Below are positions 56,961-64,000 of a stretch of DNA of 64,000 nt, piece by piece. The stretch covers positions 32,001-96,000 of the forward strand of contig CAVUDW010000001.1 in NCBI GenBank assembly GCA_963740355.1. The letters run 5' to 3'. The position numbers were made by a program, and so were the translations under genes. The notes under the pieces are model-generated. The model saw only the letters and a list, made by a program, of their open reading frames with translations, had not been told where the DNA came from and did no database searches. Source of the DNA: an uncultured Gemmatimonadaceae bacterium (lineage in GTDB: Bacteria > Gemmatimonadota > Gemmatimonadetes > Gemmatimonadales > Gemmatimonadaceae). Position 1 is the stretch's first letter. The number at the start of each line of letters is the position of its first letter.

Positions 56961-58013
56961 CTATTCCTCGCCGTCAGCGTCCGGCGGAATCACCGGCTGC
57001 TCGATCATCTTCATGCCCAGCACACCCTTCACCAGCTCTTCGAGTTCGCCCAGCAGTTCGACGTTGTCCTTGAGGAACATCTTGGCATTCTCGCGTCCCT
57101 GACCGATGCGCTGGCCCTTGTAGCTATACCACGAGCCGGCCTTCTCGATGATGTTGCTTTCCGCCGCGATGTCGAGCACCAGCGACGCGTGGCTGATGCC
57201 TTCCGCGTACATGATGTCGAACTCCGCCTGCCGGAACGGTGGCGCGACCTTGTTCTTCACGACCTTCACGCGCACGTGCGAGCCGACCACGTCTTCCTTG
57301 TCCTTGACCGGACCGATGCGACGGATGTCGAGGCGCAGTGACGCGTAGAACTTGAGCGCCTTGCCGCCCGTGGTCGTCTCCGGGCTGCCGAACATGACGC
57401 CGATCTTTTCGCGCAGCTGGTTGATGAAGATCACGGACGTGTTCGAGCGCGCGATGGCGCCGGTCAGCTTGCGCAGCGCCTGACTCATGAGGCGCGCCTG
57501 CAGGCCGACGAAGCTGTCACCCATGTCGCCTTCGATTTCCGCCTTCGGCACCAGTGCTGCCACGGAGTCGATCACGATCACGTCCACCGCCCCGCTGCGC
57601 ACCAGGATTTCGCAGATCTCGAGCGCCTGCTCGCCGGTGTCAGGCTGGCTGATGAGCATGTTCTCGACATCCACACCGAGCTTCCGTGCATACTCGGTAT
57701 CCAGCGCATGCTCCGCGTCGATGAAGGCAGCGACGCCGCCCATCTTCTGCGCGTTCGCGACGACGTGCAGACAGAGCGTCGTCTTGCCGCTCGATTCCGG
57801 GCCGTAGATCTCGGTCACACGACCGCGCGGCACACCACCGATGCCAATCGCGGCATCGAGGTTGATGGCGCCGGTCGGGATCGCGTCGACCTTGATCCGG
57901 GTGTCCATGCCGAGCCGCATGATGGAACCCTTGCCGCAGTTCTTCTCGATCTGCGCCACAGCCAGGGCGAGGGCCTTCTTCTTGTTGTCGTCTGCAATCG
58001 CCATCGATGCCAT
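56961..58013 (-). CDS. recA: Recombinase RecA
   Basis: [58 protein letters not shown] before ATG 58013. Confidence 0.99.
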   Translation of the reverse strand: MASMAIADDNKKKALALAVAQIEKNCGKGSIMRLGMDTRIKVDAIPTGAINLDAAIGIGGVPRGRVTEIYGPESSGKTTLCLHVVANAQKMGGVAAFIDAEHALDTEYARKLGVDVENMLISQPDTGEQALEICEILVRSGAVDVIVIDSVAALVPKAEIEGDMGDSFVGLQARLMSQALRKLTGAIARSNTSVIFINQLREKIGVMFGSPETTTGGKALKFYASLRLDIRRIGPVKDKEDVVGSHVRVKVVKNKVAPPFRQAEFDIMYAEGISHASLVLDIAAESNIIEKAGSWYSYKGQRIGQGRENAKMFLKDNVELLGELEELVKGVLGMKMIEQPVIPPDADGEE

Positions 58014-58103
58014 CTCGGTATCTCCTGCATGGAAGGGTCGCGGCGCCACCGGGCCCGGAACCGCAATCTAGTGAATCCGGGCAAAGGCCCCCGGCGCCCG
58101 AAG

Positions 58104-58132
58104 AGAATACGAAACCGAACAAAAGCCGTCAA
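58104..58132 (-). promoter_or_regulatory. Sigma70-type recA promoter TTGACG-N17-TATTCT
   Basis: Near-consensus -35 (58127-58132) and -10 (58104-58109) with a 17-nt spacer. Confidence 0.8.
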
Positions 58133-58165
58133 GGGGTCTTCGAAAACCCGTGACGTGGGCCAGAC

Positions 58166-58555
58166 TCAGTGGACGGCGAAGGCTGGGAAGGCGGCCTCCA
58201 CGTGCCGCACCCCGACGCCCTCGCGGCTGGCCACCACCCCGACGATGTCGAACCGGTACACGGCCCCGGCCGGCGCGATGAGCAGGCCGCGTTGATCCAG
58301 CCACGCCTGCGCCGACCGGGTCAGTTCGCGCTGCTTGCGCCAGTTGACGGCCTCCACCGGTCCGCCGGACCAGGTACTGCGCCGAGTCTTCACTTCCACG
58401 AACGCGACGACATTGTCACGCACGGCGACGAGATCGATGTCGCGCCGTCCTGACCGCCACCGCCGATCCACCACCTGCCAGCCATCGCGCACCAGCCAGC
58501 GTGCCGCGATGCGCTCTCCGAGGGCGCCAAGCGCCTGTGCCTTGGTCTGTGTCAT
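58166..58555 (-). CDS. yraN: YraN (UPF0102) family putative endonuclease
   Basis: LGALGE..AA.WL, DIDLVA, FVEVKTR, EAV..RKQ, RFDIV. Confidence 0.92.
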   Translation of the reverse strand: MTQTKAQALGALGERIAARWLVRDGWQVVDRRWRSGRRDIDLVAVRDNVVAFVEVKTRRSTWSGGPVEAVNWRKQRELTRSAQAWLDQRGLLIAPAGAVYRFDIVGVVASREGVGVRHVEAAFPAFAVH

Positions 58556-58648
58556 GGGGCGAAGATCGGCCCCTGCTGATGCGAACGCCCACCCGATTCA
58601 CGCACCCATCATCAAACGACGCCGCGCGAGCCGTCGCTGCAAGCGAAC

Positions 58649-58720
58649 CCAGACTCAGCGGTCTGCGGCGATGAAAGCAAACTCCAGACGCAACGGTCTG
58701 CGGCGATGAAAGCAAACTCC
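58649..58720. repeat. Two tandem 35-bp units, each with a CAGAC-N6-GTCTG hairpin
   Basis: CGGTCTGCGGCGATGAAAGCAAACTCC identical at 58659 and 58694. Confidence 0.9.
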
Positions 58721-58722
58721 GA

Positions 58723-58979
58723 AGTCGCCGCTGCGCGGCGACTTGCGCGGAGGTCACGATGAAACGCGGAGGACGCGGAGAACTGCAACAGCAGGTGGTG
58801 GGGGTGCGGAACGCGGCTTCAGCAAGCGGAGCCAGCCTCGGTGTCATTTACACTCGAATCCCTACCAACTCGACATCGCGCGTCTGTGCCACGCAGTACA
58901 CCCACTCCATGCAGTTGCAGTTCTCCGCGTACCACCGCGGCTCACCGCGATCCCCGCGTGGAGCCGCGCAGCGGCGACT
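58723..58979. repeat. REP/MITE-like element with ~67-bp imperfect inverted arms around a 124-bp core
   Basis: Perfect 17-bp IR pairs 58723-58739/58963-58979 and 58773-58789/58914-58930, with similar sequence between the pairs. Confidence 0.85.
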
Positions 58980-59158
58980 CGTTGTTTAGTCGGCGAAGCG
59001 AGAACGCCCGGCACGGCGACGCGCAGCGGCGACTCGTTGTTTAGTCCGCGAAGCGAGACCGCCAGGCACGGCGACGCGCAGCGGCGACTCGTTGTTTAGT
59101 CCGCGAAGCGAGACCGCCAGGCACGGTGACGACTCGTTGCTTTGGTAGCGAAGCGAGA
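58965..59158. repeat. Three tandem 55-bp units plus a truncated fourth
   Basis: GACTCGTTG at 58976, 59031, 59086, 59131; units near-identical, no spacers. Confidence 0.93.
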
Positions 59159-59170
59159 AAATCGCGGAGG

Positions 59171-61528
59171 CTACGACCCGATGATCTCGTCCAGGTCCTG
59201 GAACCCCTTCAGCACATCGCGGGGCTTGCTGCCGTCGGGTGGGCCGAGGATGCCGGCGTCGTGCAGCTGGTCGATGATGCGCGCGGCGCGACCATAGCCG
59301 ACCTTCAGGCGACGCTGCAGCAGCGAGGTGCTCCCGCCCTGATGCTGGATGCAAAGCTCCGCTGCCTCGCGAAACAGCTTGTCGCGATCAACCGGGTCAC
59401 TGCCGTCATCATCGCCGCCGCCCGAGTCGGCCACTTCACGGGCACGGATCTGTTCGAGGATGTCCGGCTCAGCAACCGCCGGCGCCGCTGCCACACCCTG
59501 TGCTTCACGCTCGGCCTCGGTGCGCTCGCGCTGCTGATCGTACCAGTGCATCAGGCGTTCCGTCTCTTCGCTCGACAGGTAGGCGCCCTGCAGGCGGCCG
59601 GGCTCCGACTTGCCGGGCGGCAGGAAGAGCATGTCGCCGTTGCCCAGCAGCGACTCGGCGCCCGATCCATCGAGGATCGTGCGACTGTCGATCTGGCTCG
59701 CCACGCGGAAGGCAATTCGGCTCGGGAAGTTCGCCTTGATCAACCCGGTGATGACGTTCACGCTGGGACGCTGTGTCGCGAGGATCAGGTGGATGCCGAT
59801 GGCGCGTGCCTTCTGCGCCAGCATCGCAATCGGCGTCTCGACCTCGCCCTGCACCGTCATCATCAGGTCGGCCATTTCGTCGATGATCACCACGATGTAT
59901 GGCAGGATGCCACCATCGTAGGTGTTGACCTCGAACGCGACCTCGGGGTTGCGCGGCTTTTGCAGTCGCGCGCCTTCCTGCACGCGACGGTTGAAATCCT
60001 GCACGTTGCGACAGCCGTTGGCCGCCAGCAGCGCGTAGCGATCCTGCATCTCGAGCACCGCCCATTTCAGCACGGCTGCGGCGTCGCGGTTATCCGTGAT
60101 CACCTTGTGCCGCAGGTGCGGCAGTGTGTTGTACACCGACAGCTCGACCATCTTCGGGTCGACCATCAGGAAACGCAGCGTCGCCGGCGTGTGCCGGTAG
60201 ATCAGCGATGTGATGATCGTGTTGACACAGACCGACTTGCCTGAGCCCGTTGCGCCGGCGATGAGCAGGTGCGGCATCTTCGCGAGGTCGGCGATGACCG
60301 GACGACCCTCGAGATCCTTGCCCAACGCCACCGGCAATGCTGCACGGGCGGACATGTATTCCGGGTGTTCGACGATCTCGCGGAACGCGACCATCTCCGG
60401 GTTCGGGTTCGGCACTTCGATGCCGACTGCGCCCTTCCCCGGGATCGGCGCCACGATGCGGATGCTGTTCGCACGCATGGCCAGCGCAAGGTCGTTCGAC
60501 AGCGAGGCGAACTGTCGCACCTTCACCCCTGCCGCCGGCTCCACCTCGAACTGCGTGACCGTTGGCCCCGTCGTGCGACCAACCAGTTGCCCCTCGACGC
60601 GGAACGTCTTGAGGGCGGCCATCAGGCGGACGCCGGATGCATCCAGCTCGCGACGGTTCGCGTCCACATTCCGCGGCGGCGGTTCCGTCAACAGCGAGGT
60701 GGGTGGCAGCAGCGAATTCGCGTCGTCGTCCTCAGGGACCGCGGTCGCCTCGATCGCGGCGTTCACGCGCGCTTCTCGTGACGGGGCCGCAGGCTTCAGC
60801 TTCGGGGCGATCGGCAGCACAACGGCCGCCGGGCCATCCTCTTCCTCGTCCAGGTCATCGGTGTCCACGATGACGGGCTGCTTCTTTCCGCGCGTCGTCG
60901 TCGTGACGGGCTTCGAGTCACGGGCCAGCGGTGCGGAGGGATAGTCGTCGATCGCCGGCATTTCCTCAGGCGGCGGAGCCATTTGCAGCGCCGCCAGGGC
61001 CGCATCGCGCGACGGAGTGAGCGCCGCGGCCACCTTCGGCGCGCGATCGAAGAGCGCCAGCACCGGGTTCCATGCCAGTGTGCCGATCGTGAGCGCTGAG
61101 ATGCCTGCCAGCACCGCCATCCAGGCGCCGACATATCCGATCAGCTTGATCAGGTAGAATGCGATCATCCCGCCCCAGACACCGGCCACCAGGCTCGTGT
61201 CTCGACCCACGCGCAAGCCAAGGGCAAATCCGATCGGCACCAGCAGCAGGAGTCCGCTGAGGAACCAGAGCCAGGAACGGTCTTCGCCGCGATTGAGGCG
61301 ACCGAGCAACCGGAGGCCATGCACGGCAGGAAGCACCGGCAGGAAGACGACGCCACTCCAGCCGAGAATCGTGACCAGCGGTGCCACGATCGCCGCGCCG
61401 ATTGCACCGAACGCGCCGCGCACCTCCAGCAAGCCGCCGTCGGTGCCGATGGCATACGTCATCAGCAGGCCGACCAGGAAGAGGGCCAGCAACAACAGGC
61501 CCACGCCGCTCAATTCACGCTTCACCAC
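59171..61528 (-). CDS. ftsK: DNA translocase FtsK/SpoIIIE
   Basis: N-terminal TMs; MPHLLIAGATGSGKS, DPKMVEL, IDEMADLMM, ATQRPSV, LLGNGDML, gamma domain LQRRLKVGYGRAARI. Confidence 0.97.
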   Translation of the reverse strand: MVKRELSGVGLLLLALFLVGLLMTYAIGTDGGLLEVRGAFGAIGAAIVAPLVTILGWSGVVFLPVLPAVHGLRLLGRLNRGEDRSWLWFLSGLLLLVPIGFALGLRVGRDTSLVAGVWGGMIAFYLIKLIGYVGAWMAVLAGISALTIGTLAWNPVLALFDRAPKVAAALTPSRDAALAALQMAPPPEEMPAIDDYPSAPLARDSKPVTTTTRGKKQPVIVDTDDLDEEEDGPAAVVLPIAPKLKPAAPSREARVNAAIEATAVPEDDDANSLLPPTSLLTEPPPRNVDANRRELDASGVRLMAALKTFRVEGQLVGRTTGPTVTQFEVEPAAGVKVRQFASLSNDLALAMRANSIRIVAPIPGKGAVGIEVPNPNPEMVAFREIVEHPEYMSARAALPVALGKDLEGRPVIADLAKMPHLLIAGATGSGKSVCVNTIITSLIYRHTPATLRFLMVDPKMVELSVYNTLPHLRHKVITDNRDAAAVLKWAVLEMQDRYALLAANGCRNVQDFNRRVQEGARLQKPRNPEVAFEVNTYDGGILPYIVVIIDEMADLMMTVQGEVETPIAMLAQKARAIGIHLILATQRPSVNVITGLIKANFPSRIAFRVASQIDSRTILDGSGAESLLGNGDMLFLPPGKSEPGRLQGAYLSSEETERLMHWYDQQRERTEAEREAQGVAAAPAVAEPDILEQIRAREVADSGGGDDDGSDPVDRDKLFREAAELCIQHQGGSTSLLQRRLKVGYGRAARIIDQLHDAGILGPPDGSKPRDVLKGFQDLDEIIGS

Positions 61529-61532
61529 CCGC

Positions 61533-62294
61533 TCACACCCCTCGGTCGGTCACCGCTCCAGACGGCACGCGACGGACGATCGCGCGCTCAGTGTACTCGG
61601 CCAGCTCAGGGTACAAGTCCAGCACGCCACAGGCCTGCACATCCTTTTCGAAGCCCGCATCAGACAAGGCGCGCCCATGCTCCGCGTCAGCAAACAGCGC
61701 AAGCAGGTCGTCGCCGTATTTCGCGGCCAGCAGCGCGCACATCTGCGCCGCGTCATTGATCGATAGCGTCGGGTTGGCGTCGCGCAACTGCAGCACGAAG
61801 CGTCCAGCGCAGGCCGAATCCTCGAGTGAGGGAGTGCCTTCGCTCGAGGCACAGATGATCGAGACGCGATGGCCCGTGTCCAGCGCCTGCTGCAGTCGCG
61901 CCAGCGTGACGGAGAAGTTCGCGTAACTCGCGACATAGACCGCCTTCGCATCTTCGGCGGCGAGCAGGGCGCGTGTCCCGTTGGTGGTCGTCAGCAGGAC
62001 AGTCTGCTGACCGACTGCGGCGACCGTGAACTCGAGCGGGCCGTTGCCGAGATCGAACCCTGGAATGGCCACCATGTGACGCTCGCCGGCCAGCTTCACC
62101 TCGCCACGCTCATACAACTTCGCCGTCCGAACCGCGTCTTCCGTCTCCACGAATGGAATCACAGTACGGGCACCGGCATGCAAGGCGGCCGCGATCGTCG
62201 TCGTGGCGCGCAAGACATCGATGACGGCAACGACACGCCCATCCAGCGCCGTCGGGGTCAGCTCCGACGGGGCCAGGAACACTTCAAGGCGCAC
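61533..62294 (-). CDS. comB: 2-phosphosulfolactate phosphatase family protein
   Basis: VIDVLRATTTI, LAGER, GFDLGNGP, TTTNGT, LEDSACAG. Confidence 0.9.
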   Translation of the reverse strand: MRLEVFLAPSELTPTALDGRVVAVIDVLRATTTIAAALHAGARTVIPFVETEDAVRTAKLYERGEVKLAGERHMVAIPGFDLGNGPLEFTVAAVGQQTVLLTTTNGTRALLAAEDAKAVYVASYANFSVTLARLQQALDTGHRVSIICASSEGTPSLEDSACAGRFVLQLRDANPTLSINDAAQMCALLAAKYGDDLLALFADAEHGRALSDAGFEKDVQACGVLDLYPELAEYTERAIVRRVPSGAVTDRGV

Positions 62295-62297
62295 CCC

Positions 62298-63650
62298 TCA
62301 CTCCTTCGCGAAAAGATCAGTTTCGCGTTCGAGGAACTTCGTGTCGAAGTCACCGGACTGGAACGTGGCGTTCTGCATCACCTTGGCGAGGAACGGGATC
62401 GTGGTCGTCGGTCCCTCGATGATGAAGCTCTCCAGCGCCACCTGCATGCGCTTGACGGCTTCCTCACGCGTCGGTGCCTGCACGATGAGCTTCGCGAGCA
62501 ACGAATCGTAGTGCGGTGGCACCGTGTACCCCGCATACACGTGGCTGTCGATGCGCACGCCCGGTCCACCTGGTGGATGGAACGTGTTGATCTTGCCGGG
62601 CGACGGCTGGAAGTTGCGCATCGGGTCTTCCGCATTCACGCGGCACTCGATCACGTGTCCGCGCAGGGCCGGCATCTCGGTCACCCGCAGCGGCAACCCT
62701 GCCGCCACGCGGATCTGTTCCTGCACGAGATCCACCCCGGTGAGCATTTCCGTCACCGGATGCTCGACCTGGATGCGCGTGTTCATTTCCATGAAGTAGT
62801 ACGAGCCGTCGGTGTCGAGCAGCATCTCGATCGTGCCGGCGCCGACATAGTCAATCGCCTTTGCCCCACGCACCGCATCGGAGCCCATGCGCATGCGGAG
62901 GTCGGGCGTCATCGCGGGCGACGGCGCTTCCTCGATCAGCTTCTGGTGCCGACGCTGCACCGAACAATCGCGCTCGCCGAGGTGCACGCAGTTGCCATGC
63001 GTATCGCCAAGAATCTGGAACTCGATGTGGCGCGGCTTGAGCAGGTACTTCTCGACATACACGTCGCCATTGCCGAATGCCGACAAGGCTTCGCTGCGGG
63101 CGAGGTTGAAGCTGCGCGCGAAATCGTCCGCATCCTTCGCCACGCGCATGCCCTTGCCGCCACCACCGGCAGATGCCTTGATGATGACCGGGAATCCGAT
63201 CGACTCGGCGAAGGCCAGCGCCTCATCGACGTCCTCGACCGGGCCTGGCGTGCCGGGCACGATCGGGACGCCGCAATCAGCCATCGCCTTGCGGGCGGAG
63301 GCCTTGTCGCCCATGACGCGAATCTGGTGCGCTGTTGGACCGATGAAGGTGATCCCGGACGCAGTGCAGGTTTCCGAGAACTCGGCATTTTCCGCGAGGA
63401 AGCCGTAGCCCGGGTGAATCGCGTCAGCCCCCGTGATCTCCGCGGCGGCGATGATGCGCGGAATCTTCAGGTAACTCTCACGTCCTGCCGCCGGACCGAT
63501 GCAGACGTCGTCGTCGGCAAACCGCACGTGCAGTGAATCGCGGTCGGCTTCCGAGTACACGGCCACCGTCTGGATTCCCAGCTCGCGACAGGCGCGAATC
63601 ACACGAAGCGCGATCTCGCCGCGGTTGGCAATCAATACTTTCTTGAACAT
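62298..63650 (-). CDS. accC: Acetyl-CoA carboxylase biotin carboxylase subunit
   Basis: [64 protein letters not shown]. Confidence 0.97.
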   Translation of the reverse strand: MFKKVLIANRGEIALRVIRACRELGIQTVAVYSEADRDSLHVRFADDDVCIGPAAGRESYLKIPRIIAAAEITGADAIHPGYGFLAENAEFSETCTASGITFIGPTAHQIRVMGDKASARKAMADCGVPIVPGTPGPVEDVDEALAFAESIGFPVIIKASAGGGGKGMRVAKDADDFARSFNLARSEALSAFGNGDVYVEKYLLKPRHIEFQILGDTHGNCVHLGERDCSVQRRHQKLIEEAPSPAMTPDLRMRMGSDAVRGAKAIDYVGAGTIEMLLDTDGSYYFMEMNTRIQVEHPVTEMLTGVDLVQEQIRVAAGLPLRVTEMPALRGHVIECRVNAEDPMRNFQPSPGKINTFHPPGGPGVRIDSHVYAGYTVPPHYDSLLAKLIVQAPTREEAVKRMQVALESFIIEGPTTTIPFLAKVMQNATFQSGDFDTKFLERETDLFAKE

Positions 63651-63656
63651 GAATCC

Positions 63657-64000
63657 TCAGGCCGGTGCATTGGCGCGGAATGCATCCCACGACGTGTCGC
63701 TGGCCGAACCGACGCCCTGGATCTGGAGGGCGAACTCGCTCGGGTTGGTCGCGTAGAAGATCGCTTGGTCGTAGCTGATGATGCCGCGTGTGTACCACGA
63801 GAGCAGACTCTGGTCGAAGGTCTGCATGCCGTACTGCACGGTGCCATCCTTGATCAGCTCGATGATGTCGAGCGACGCTGCCGGGTCGCGAATCTTGTCG
63901 CGAACGGCGGCGGTGTTGACGAGGACTTCGCAGGCCGGGACGCGCCCCTTGCCATCCTTGCGTGGCACCAGGCGGAGCGAGATGATGCCCGCCAGTGCAT
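63657..64000 (-). CDS. C-terminus of PilT/PilU-family type IV pilus ATPase (5' end off window)
   Basis: IISLRLVP..DGKGRVPACEVLVNT.AVR..I, YGMQTFDQSL. Confidence 0.85.
   Translation of the reverse strand, partial: ALAGIISLRLVPRKDGKGRVPACEVLVNTAAVRDKIRDPAASLDIIELIKDGTVQYGMQTFDQSLLSWYTRGIISYDQAIFYATNPSEFALQIQGVGSASDTSWDAFRANAPA

Noticed and set aside
58570..58770. Hammerhead ribozyme (CTGATG / GATGAAA-like words)
   Set aside because: No CUGANGA core correctly arranged with GAAA and three stems
58965..59158. CRISPR array
   Set aside because: Units are near-identical over their whole 55 bp with no unique spacers, and no cas genes are in the window
58965..59158. Integron attC sites
   Set aside because: No RYYYAAC/GTTRRRY ends, no cassette ORFs between units, no integrase

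Overview
GC-rich bacterial chromosomal DNA, most consistent with a Gemmatimonadota (Gemmatimonas-like) genome; this is inferred from gene content and style, not from a search. Positions ~1-43.7 kb form a large mosaic surface-polysaccharide region with three parts. (i) A minus-strand export/initiation operon: degenerate nucleotidyltransferase, nucleotidyltransferase-LbH-phosphoglycosyltransferase fusion, beta-barrel, short OPX, an unannotated 57-aa membrane protein and a Wzz/Wzc-type start. Beside it are an OafA acyltransferase, a GH44 lipoprotein, an LbH-FkbH / LbH-ACP / CysE-like acylation cassette and two head-to-head Wzi-like genes. (ii) A scattered PglF/PglE/PglD/PglC-like amino-sugar set and a wzy-asnB-GT4-wzz-wzx operon. 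(iii) Between them, an oppositely oriented 10.5-kb enzyme block: methyltransferase, 3 SDRs, epimerase, wHTH regulator, GH36, acyltransferase, CoA-transferase and a TIM-barrel protein. Positions ~43.8-64 kb are housekeeping genes: hflX, rarA, cca, asparaginase, frameshifted gmhA, PHP phosphatase, alaS, recX, recA, yraN, ftsK, comB, accC and a partial pilT/pilU-type gene. Non-coding highlights are a nested inverted/tandem repeat mosaic at 58.65-59.16 kb, a probable bidirectional overlapping -10 promoter between the Wzi paralogs, several leaderless-type promoters and a likely ATC start for hflX. No rRNA, tRNA, CRISPR, transposase or integrase was recognised. All family assignments come from motif recognition by eye.
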